A stretch of DNA of 64,000 nt from Acidimicrobiia bacterium (GTDB lineage: Bacteria > Actinomycetota > Acidimicrobiia > Spongiisociales > ZC4RG35). The stretch is from NCBI GenBank assembly GCA_028284765.1, contig JANQRA010000002.1, positions 179,832 to 243,831 of the forward strand, written 5' to 3'. The notes under the pieces are model-generated. The model was given only the letters and a program-made list of their open reading frames with translations. It was not told the origin of the DNA and did no database searches. Below are positions 57,396-64,000 of the stretch, in pieces (the first letter of the stretch is position 1; each line of letters begins with the position of its first letter). Both the position numbers and the translations under genes were made by a program.

Positions 57396-59551
57396 CAGGA
57401 CACAAACAGCCAGTCGACCTCGGAACCATGGAAGGCGAGAACCTCGTCTCTGAGGTCCCGGTGCTCTTCCAAACCCGGATCTGAGTCGACCATGGCAAAC
57501 GCGTCTCGTCGCGCACCCACGAGGATGTCGAAGTCGGACAGGATGTCGGTGATCTTCAAATCCTTCACACCTGACTGTCGGGTCCCGAAAACCGTTCCTT
57601 GCCCGCGGATCCGAAGGTCCTCTTCAGCAAGTCGAAACCCATCCGTCGTCGCAACCATGGCCGCAATCCGATCTTCACCCTCGGTGGTGGTGGGATCAGC
57701 GAGCAGGATGCACCGGCCCGGGTGCTTCCCACGCCCAACGCGGCCACGGAGCTGGTGCAGCTGACTCAGACCGAATCGTTGAGCATCTTCGATCACCATG
57801 ACGGTTGCGTTGGGAACATCTATCCCGACTTCGATGACAGTTGTGGCGACAAGCACGTCGATCTCGCCGGAGCGATAGGCCGCCATGACCGCTTCTTTGT
57901 CGGCGGACCTCATCTGCCCGTGAATCAGCCCGACTCTCAAATCGGACATCAGTGCGCTGAGACGCTCGAACTCGGCCGTGGCAGAGGCCGCTTCGACCTT
58001 GGGGCTGTCGTCTACGAGTGGGCAGACCACAAACGCTTGACGACCCTTCTCGACCTGGTGAGAAACAACCTCCCAAGCTTTGGCTTCGTCGAGCTTCGAG
58101 AGCGCCTTCGTTGCTACGGGGGTCCGCCCAGGCGGCATCTCGTCGATGATCGAAACGTCGAGGTCTCCATACAGCGTCATCGAGAGTGTCCGCGGAATCG
58201 GTGTGGCCGTCATGATCAGGACATCAGGCTCAGCCTCTCCCGCCTTTTCCTTGAGAAGCACCCGTTGGGCTACTCCGAACCTGTGTTGCTCGTCAATCAC
58301 AGCCACACCCAGGCGGCTGAACTCCACTCCTTCCTGAATGAGGGCGTGAGTCCCAACGACGAGGTCGACTTGACCTGAAGCAATGTCGTCAGCCAGTTGC
58401 TGTCGTGTGATTTCGGCGTCGTAGTTGGCGACTGCGGTGGAGCCTGTGAGTAATCCGACATGAACTGCGGGGCCACCACCGTCGAACAGGCTCTCCATCC
58501 CGAGATGAGAACCGAGCCCGGGTGATAGACTGGCATCCGCAAGCAAGCTGCGGACTCCTAGGTAGTGCTGCTCAGCCAGCACCTCGGTCGGTGCCATCAG
58601 AGCGCCCTGCCATCCTCCTTCTACGCCGCGCAACAAAGTGGCCACTGCCACGACCGTCTTCCCTGAGCCGACTTCCCCCTGAAGCAGACGATGCATTGGA
58701 TAGCGGGTGCCGAGGTCAGACTCGATCTCTTCGAGCACCTTCCGCTGAGCGCGGGTCAGCTCGTAGGGAAGCCCGGCAACGAATCGACTGACTAGTTCTC
58801 CATCGAACTTGTGAACTATCCCCTGCGAAGTCTCCATCTGATGTCTCTTCTGCATGGCCAGGGCTAGTTCGAGCCGGAACAGCTCGTCGTAGACGAGGCG
58901 CTTGCGGGCCGGAGCTGCCTGCTCTACCTCTTCCGGGAAGTGGATCGTCTCGAAGGCAGCACCCCGGTCCATCAACCCATTGGCAGCCAGAAGTTCCGTC
59001 GGCACTGGGTCGGGCATGGGAAGCGATCGGCCAATCGCATTGTGGATCGCGCGGCGAAGGTAGCCGGGACCAACACCCCCGACAGTGGAGTGCACCGGCA
59101 CGACGCGACCCACTGTCAGACCTTCTGTTTGATTGGCGAGAACGTCGACTTCGGGGCTCTTCATCTGCAAAGAACCTCTGAAGGCTTCGACCTTCCCGCT
59201 CAAGGCAACTTCGGTGGCCGACTGCAGCTGTCGAACCCGGAAACTCTGATTGAACCAAACCGCTTTCATCTGGGCCGATTCGTCCTTGATGACTGCCTCG
59301 ATGATGTGGAGGTTGCGGCGAGGTCTTCGATCTTTGACCGAGACGACCTCCCCCAGAATCGTCACTTCCTGATCGATCGGGACCTTCGAGATCGGGGACC
59401 GACGAGAACGGTCGATGTACCGGCGAGGAACGTGGTGCAACAGGTCACTGACGGAGCCGATGCCTGCCTTGCGCAGGCTTTCAGAGCGTTTGCCTCCGAG
59501 TCCTTTCACGGCGGAGACATCGACTTGGACGAGTTTGGCGAGGGTGGCCAC
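57395..59551 (-). CDS. recG: ATP-dependent DNA helicase RecG
   Basis: LLQGEVGSGKT, DEQHRFGV, MTATPIPR, QLHQLRGRVGRG. Confidence 0.98.
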   Translation of the reverse strand: MATLAKLVQVDVSAVKGLGGKRSESLRKAGIGSVSDLLHHVPRRYIDRSRRSPISKVPIDQEVTILGEVVSVKDRRPRRNLHIIEAVIKDESAQMKAVWFNQSFRVRQLQSATEVALSGKVEAFRGSLQMKSPEVDVLANQTEGLTVGRVVPVHSTVGGVGPGYLRRAIHNAIGRSLPMPDPVPTELLAANGLMDRGAAFETIHFPEEVEQAAPARKRLVYDELFRLELALAMQKRHQMETSQGIVHKFDGELVSRFVAGLPYELTRAQRKVLEEIESDLGTRYPMHRLLQGEVGSGKTVVAVATLLRGVEGGWQGALMAPTEVLAEQHYLGVRSLLADASLSPGLGSHLGMESLFDGGGPAVHVGLLTGSTAVANYDAEITRQQLADDIASGQVDLVVGTHALIQEGVEFSRLGVAVIDEQHRFGVAQRVLLKEKAGEAEPDVLIMTATPIPRTLSMTLYGDLDVSIIDEMPPGRTPVATKALSKLDEAKAWEVVSHQVEKGRQAFVVCPLVDDSPKVEAASATAEFERLSALMSDLRVGLIHGQMRSADKEAVMAAYRSGEIDVLVATTVIEVGIDVPNATVMVIEDAQRFGLSQLHQLRGRVGRGKHPGRCILLADPTTTEGEDRIAAMVATTDGFRLAEEDLRIRGQGTVFGTRQSGVKDLKITDILSDFDILVGARRDAFAMVDSDPGLEEHRDLRDEVLAFHGSEVDWLFVS

Positions 59552-59644
59552 CGCTCAACCGTACCTTTGGACTGGGAATTGCAAGGCGGTTCGCGTTATC
59601 ATGCGGACCTCTGAGGATCCCCTCGCTCACCAGGAGTATTTGTC

Positions 59645-59833
59645 ATGTCTTATAGGTGCGAGATCTGCGGCAAGGAGCCGAGCTACGGCAAGTCCGTCAG
59701 CTTCTCTCACAAGCGCAACAACCGTCGTTGGTTGCCCAACATCCAGAAGATTCGGGTCAAGGACGGTTCCAACACGCGTCGAGCCCGCGTGTGCACGTCG
59801 TGCATTCGCGCCGGCAAAGTCGTCAAGGCTTAG
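59645..59833 (+). CDS. rpmB: 50S ribosomal protein L28 (Zn-ribbon form)
   Basis: [19 protein letters not shown]. Confidence 0.97.
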   Translation: MSYRCEICGKEPSYGKSVSFSHKRNNRRWLPNIQKIRVKDGSNTRRARVCTSCIRAGKVVKA

Positions 59834-59839
59834 CGAACG

Positions 59840-60055
59840 ATGAATCAGGGCGTCGTCAAGTCCTACGACCCGATCACAGGCATCGGGATCGTCGTTCGCG
59901 ACAAAGACCGGGGCGAGGTGTTTCTGCGACCCGGATCTCTCAAGGACTCCGTGTTCCGGACTCTTCGTCAGGGTCAGCGCATCATCTTCGAGACCGTTGA
60001 AGAGGACGACCGAACCTTCATTACTTCCGTTCGACTCGGCCAAGACGGCTACTAA
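59840..60055 (+). CDS. Degenerate cold-shock-domain (OB-fold) protein
   Basis: G.VK.YD..TG.G, FRTLRQGQRI.F; lacks RNP1/RNP2 aromatics. Confidence 0.72.
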   Translation: MNQGVVKSYDPITGIGIVVRDKDRGEVFLRPGSLKDSVFRTLRQGQRIIFETVEEDDRTFITSVRLGQDGY

Positions 60056-60113
60056 CGCGCCCGATTCACAGACCGAGTAATGTCGCTCGCTCGCAGAGCG
60101 ATTGGAGAATCAC

Positions 60114-60347
60114 TTGGTCCAGGCGTACGTCCTGATCCAGACGGAGGTCGGCAAGGCCGCCGTTGTTGCAGAAGAAGTCCGAAACATCCCCGGCGTCGAG
60201 ACCGCTGACGACGTGACCGGCCCCTACGACGTAATCGTCAGAGCTTCGAGTGACGACGTTGACTCACTCGGCAAGCTCGTTGTCGCAAAGATTCAGGGAG
60301 TGGACGGGATCACCCGCACGCTCACCTGCCCCGTAGTACACCTCTAA
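60114..60347 (+). CDS. Stand-alone Lrp/AsnC ligand-binding domain protein
   Basis: VQAYVLIQTEVGKA, VTGPYDVI, GITRTLTCPVV; SD GGAG before TTG. Confidence 0.9.
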   Translation: MVQAYVLIQTEVGKAAVVAEEVRNIPGVETADDVTGPYDVIVRASSDDVDSLGKLVVAKIQGVDGITRTLTCPVVHL

Positions 60348-60351
60348 GGCT

Positions 60352-61428
60352 CTAGCCCAGTTTCGAGGAGATGGCGCCGGCGCTACGGAGCGCCGTTCCA
60401 TCGCTGCCGGCAGTCGAGAAGACCCTCGTGAGACTGCTGCGCGCCTCATCCGCCATGTCCGAGAAGAGTCGGGACCGTTCGATCGGTGGATCGATCCATA
60501 GGTATACAGCCATGGAGCCAGGGATGGTGTTGACCTCGTTGACGTAGACGACACCTTCACGCTCGAGATAGTCGATGCGAGCGATCCCACGCAGCCCAGC
60601 TACGTCGGTGACCCGTCGAGACAGATCGGCTATCTGCTTCTGCAGACTCTCATCCAGATTCGCTGGCAACTCGCGACCTCCGCTCACCTCCCCACCCCAA
60701 GCGAGGTATTTCTGGTCATAGGAGTAGATGCCGCCTTCGGCGCGAGCCGGTTCTTCGACCGCCGAGATCTGGAACCCCGGGTAGGTCCTGACCGCCACCT
60801 GCAAATCGCGGCTTCCTCCAAGGAATGGCTCCACGACCGCTCCTTGATCGAAGTAGCGAGAGCTTGCCTTCAACGCGATAACTGTTGCCCAATCGTCAGC
60901 CACTTCGATCCCGATCGAGGATCCTCCGAACCTGGGTTTGACGATGTAGGGCCCATCGAAACCTGGAGCGGGCTCCTCCCCTGTCTGCACCAGCGTCCGA
61001 TCGAGAGTTGGGAGGCCAGCCGAGGCCATGGAGGACCCGAAAGCCAGCTTGTCCATACCGAGGGCTGACGAAGCCTGACCCGGGCCCGTGTATCTGATAC
61101 CGGCCAGGTCGAACATGCCTTGCAGAGTGCCGTCTTCGCCGGGGCCGCCGTGACATGCGTTGATGACCACGCCGATACCAAGTGGCTTCCTCTTGACCAT
61201 GAATCCGAGGCCGGGTGCAGCGTGAAATGCGATCTCTTTCGACTTGCGTGGCACGCCATCCACGAAGTCAGCAGCTTCGAGATCGGCCTCGACGTGGTAC
61301 CAGTCCCCCGATTTGGACCAGTAGATCGCCTCAATTCCTTCGACTGCGCGTGCCACCTGGAGGCCGGTGAGGATAGAGATGTCGTGCTCGTCTGAAGGCC
61401 CGCCGAAAACAACGGCTGTGTCACTCAT
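60352..61428 (-). CDS. ddl: D-alanine--D-alanine ligase family protein
   Basis: FGGPSDEHDIS, HGGPGEDG, VKP..GGSSIG, YDQKY, RID, NEVNTIPG. Confidence 0.9.
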   Translation of the reverse strand: MSDTAVVFGGPSDEHDISILTGLQVARAVEGIEAIYWSKSGDWYHVEADLEAADFVDGVPRKSKEIAFHAAPGLGFMVKRKPLGIGVVINACHGGPGEDGTLQGMFDLAGIRYTGPGQASSALGMDKLAFGSSMASAGLPTLDRTLVQTGEEPAPGFDGPYIVKPRFGGSSIGIEVADDWATVIALKASSRYFDQGAVVEPFLGGSRDLQVAVRTYPGFQISAVEEPARAEGGIYSYDQKYLAWGGEVSGGRELPANLDESLQKQIADLSRRVTDVAGLRGIARIDYLEREGVVYVNEVNTIPGSMAVYLWIDPPIERSRLFSDMADEARSSLTRVFSTAGSDGTALRSAGAISSKLG

Positions 61429-62861
61429 GGGTAATGGTCCGGAAGATCGTTCTCATATAGGACTGCGTCACCAGGCCCAAGGTTATTGCCAACCCACTCC
61501 ACGGCCTCGTCACGTGATGCCACGACCGTAACTGAGGCAGGTCCGTTGGCAGAACCTGCGAGCAACGCTTTTCGATTGGTCCTGCCCACCACGATGATGT
61601 CGTCAGCAACGGCAGCTGCTTCCCGGGCAAACCGCTCATTCTCATCCGCCTGTAACGGACCGAGCTCCACCATGCCCGGCGTCACCACAACCTTGCGACC
61701 GCCGGCACCAACTTCTTGCAAGACCTCGAGCGCTCGTCGCGCACCATCGGGGTTGGAGTTGAACGTGTCGTCGACAATCTTGAATCCTGACGCGCTGGCC
61801 AGAATCGTCTGGCGATGTTCGGTGGCGGGAAGCGTCTCAACCTTCGACAACATCTCGGACCGATCGACCCCCAGGGCTTCTCCGATTCCCAGCGCCACAG
61901 CCAGGTTCGCACCAAACACATCGTCCGGGGCGTCCACGTCTTTGGCCGAGACTTCCACGATCTCCAATTGATCGCGCAGTTGATATGCAGCCTGTGCGAG
62001 CACCGGGTAGTCGACGTTTATCACGCCGACTTCGGCCTTTTCGAAGATCTCTGCCTTCGATCTGACGATGTTCTCGATGGTCCCAAATCGTTCGAGATGG
62101 ACAGGACCGATGGCAACGAAAGCCGCCACATCGGGCGGAATCCACTCACAAAGCTCTGCGATCTCGCCGGGGCCGTAGGTGCCCATCTCAGCGATGAACA
62201 CCTCGGTGCCCGGCGTGAGGTTCTCATTGATCGCGCGTGCAAGACCCATGCGGTTGTTGAACGAGGCTGGGCTAGCAACCACACGCAAGGAACCTCCAAT
62301 GAGGTGCGCTAGGTAGTTCTTCGTGGATGTCTTGCCGTATGACCCGGTGATTGCAACGACTTTTGAACCGACCGCGTCGAGCTTGGCCGCCGCCTTGTCG
62401 ACCCACTGTTGACCTTCACGCTTCTCGTAGGAATCGAGAAACACGAGAACGAGGTCGATGACCGACGGCAGCAGAGCCAGCGGCAGAACAATCAGGAACG
62501 GAACACCGAACCAACCGCCGAGCACATAGAAGACGACCACGACCACACCGGTTGTGATCGCCAGTCTCCTCAGTCGGCCGGTCCAGGCGAGGGGCGAAGT
62601 CACGCCACGTATCGACAGCCCGATCGGACCGACTTGTGCGATCGCAACGAGAAACCCCCAGCGGGGATCGATGAGAGTTCCGATGAGGCCGACTCCGACC
62701 AGCGCTTCGAGGATCTTGTTGGCAAAGGAGACCGAAACCCAGCGCCGGCGGGCCTTGCCGACCTCGCCCGGGAGGTAATGCTCTCGTTGGGCAACACGCA
62801 GCCAGCGCAAGCCCGAAGGAACGGAGGCCAGGGCGCAGGCAGCCGCCAACAACCAGTTCAC
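61425..62861 (-). CDS. murF: MurF-type Mur ligase with N-terminal membrane domain
   Basis: ITGSYGKTSTK, SFNN..G, EMG, HLERF, DDTFNSNP, TPGMVELG, ENDLPD. Confidence 0.88.
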   Translation of the reverse strand: MNWLLAAACALASVPSGLRWLRVAQREHYLPGEVGKARRRWVSVSFANKILEALVGVGLIGTLIDPRWGFLVAIAQVGPIGLSIRGVTSPLAWTGRLRRLAITTGVVVVVFYVLGGWFGVPFLIVLPLALLPSVIDLVLVFLDSYEKREGQQWVDKAAAKLDAVGSKVVAITGSYGKTSTKNYLAHLIGGSLRVVASPASFNNRMGLARAINENLTPGTEVFIAEMGTYGPGEIAELCEWIPPDVAAFVAIGPVHLERFGTIENIVRSKAEIFEKAEVGVINVDYPVLAQAAYQLRDQLEIVEVSAKDVDAPDDVFGANLAVALGIGEALGVDRSEMLSKVETLPATEHRQTILASASGFKIVDDTFNSNPDGARRALEVLQEVGAGGRKVVVTPGMVELGPLQADENERFAREAAAVADDIIVVGRTNRKALLAGSANGPASVTVVASRDEAVEWVGNNLGPGDAVLYENDLPDHYP

Positions 62862-63586
62862 AGTGACTCCTCGATCGCAGCTCGCAGCTCATCGGGAGCC
62901 TGCGTCGGGACCCAGTGACCTACTCCGTCAAGCACAACCAGCGACGACTCGGGGAAGATGGTTGTGGCTCTGCGGGCCACGTCCACCGGAACTTCGAGGT
63001 CGTCTGCCCCCCAAACCAGGGCGACGTTGGCATTCACCTCTTTCATCTGCTCCTCATAAGACTCGTTCACGACCTTCACGAGAATGTCCCTCATCACACC
63101 CGTTGCCGCCCGGTAGTCGGCTGAGCCACGAGATCGCTTCAAAGCCTCCATCCGCTCGTCCGAGACCAGGCCGTACCGGTGCATGGCGCGGACCAGCCGA
63201 TACTGAAGAGGAGGTTTCTTTCGCGGCGTCGAACGGAGAAGCGGAACGCCGGTGAGCACCATTCGGCCCACCAAATCCGGCCTTCGAGCTGCAATACACA
63301 CCGAGACACGCCCACCAAAGGAGTGTCCAACAAGGACTGGAGGCCTATCGAGTTCTTCCAGGAATTCGATGACAATGTCGGCATAGCCCTCGGCCCCGAT
63401 GACGCTGTCGGGGGCAGGCGAAGCACCGAAACCTGGGAGGTCGAGTGCCACGGAATCCAATCCCTCTAGCGACGACGCAAAGTCCTTTCCACGCCTACCC
63501 CATCCATGCAAAGCGACCACCGTCGGTGCTTCGGTGCCAGCAACCTCCCCAAAAAGGGCGCCGTTGAGAAATGAACGCAAGGGCAA
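62858..63586 (-). CDS. Alpha/beta hydrolase
   Basis: LHGWG, DLPGFG, GHSFGG, WG.DD, GH; start at TTG 63586 with SD GAGG. Confidence 0.88.
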   Translation of the reverse strand: MPLRSFLNGALFGEVAGTEAPTVVALHGWGRRGKDFASSLEGLDSVALDLPGFGASPAPDSVIGAEGYADIVIEFLEELDRPPVLVGHSFGGRVSVCIAARRPDLVGRMVLTGVPLLRSTPRKKPPLQYRLVRAMHRYGLVSDERMEALKRSRGSADYRAATGVMRDILVKVVNESYEEQMKEVNANVALVWGADDLEVPVDVARRATTIFPESSLVVLDGVGHWVPTQAPDELRAAIEESL

Positions 63587-63593
63587 TGAATCC

Positions 63594-63621
63594 TCGATCT
63601 GAGCCGCAGAAACGCCGAGAA
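63594..63621 (+). promoter_or_regulatory. Possible sigma-28/WhiG promoter
   Basis: TCGA-N16-GCCGAGAA, 23 nt upstream of ATG 63645. Confidence 0.4.
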
Positions 63622-63644
63622 TACTTTTAGGCAAAGCCAAAACC

Positions 63645-64000
63645 ATGACTCCCGAGACAACAAACGCAACGGTTCACGAGTCGATGGCCCGTTTCCGGTC
63701 GTCGCTTCTTCGACGCGCGTCTGCTGTTGCCTGGGTTGTTCTCATCATCATCGGATCTCAGGCGGTCCGGTCGCCACAGGAAGACAACACCCAACTATTC
63801 ACCCAGCCTGAGTTCTTCGTACCCATGGCCGGTCTGGCGGGGCTCCTGATTCTCTCAACTGCCATCCGCTGGGACCGAGTAATGCGTACGCAAGCAGCAC
63901 CCTGGGCTGCAACTGGCTGGCTGTTGGCGATGATCGGCGGCGTCACCGCGCTCGCTGTCATTCCCGAGTTGAACACAACCGCAGAGCCCATCCTCTTCGG
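63645..64000 (+). CDS. Multi-pass membrane protein, N-terminal part (runs off right edge; possibly a sensor)
   Basis: Open frame MTPETTNATVHESMARFRSSLLRRASAVAWVVLIII... with three hydrophobic segments and no stop before the edge. Confidence 0.65.
   Translation, partial: MTPETTNATVHESMARFRSSLLRRASAVAWVVLIIIGSQAVRSPQEDNTQLFTQPEFFVPMAGLAGLLILSTAIRWDRVMRTQAAPWAATGWLLAMIGGVTALAVIPELNTTAEPILF

Noticed and set aside
1..64000. tRNA, rRNA, IS transposases, defence systems
   Set aside because: Intergenic gaps are short and I recognised no such motifs by eye; a covariance-model scan would be needed to exclude small RNAs.

Overview
GC-rich, very gene-dense actinobacterial chromosome segment. The plsX, queG, whiG and DUF2469/yraN content suggests Acidimicrobiia-like; that taxonomy is inferred. 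It is mostly core genome. Translation and membrane block: rpsB-tsf-pyrH-frr-cdsA-dxr-rseP-ispG. Competence and recombination block: comM-dprA-xerC-whiG. Two further core blocks: ffh-rpsP-khpA-rimM/trmD-rplS-lepB-DUF2469-yraN, and recG-rsmD-coaD-sepIVA-DUF177-rpmF-plsX-rnc/mutM-acyP-smc-ftsY. Small accessory inserts sit between them. I saw no rRNA, tRNA, CRISPR array, transposase or prophage. The most notable signal is a candidate WhiG/sigma-28 regulon. An orphan Flp pilin with a ~90-aa 11-residue-repeat helical tail lies directly behind a perfect GCCGATAA -10 element. A whiG that keeps the KYVAGR c-di-GMP contact motif is 10 kb away, and a second sigma-28-like promoter sits at the right edge. 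Other signals: likely CTG starts in CTGA stop/start overlaps with good SD sites (lepB, yraN); a two-copy 49-bp palindromic repeat with covarying stem positions; a frameshifted MarR; a DUF222-HNH gene with both a LexA box and a PafBC-type promoter; an AAA-LuxR/DUF4242 module; an unannotated 37-aa membrane protein coupled to a zinc-finger gene; a hydrolase/membrane-anchored MurF/Ddl operon; and pervasive leaderless promoters that often reuse the upstream TAG stop codon. All calls are from manual reading; no searches were run.
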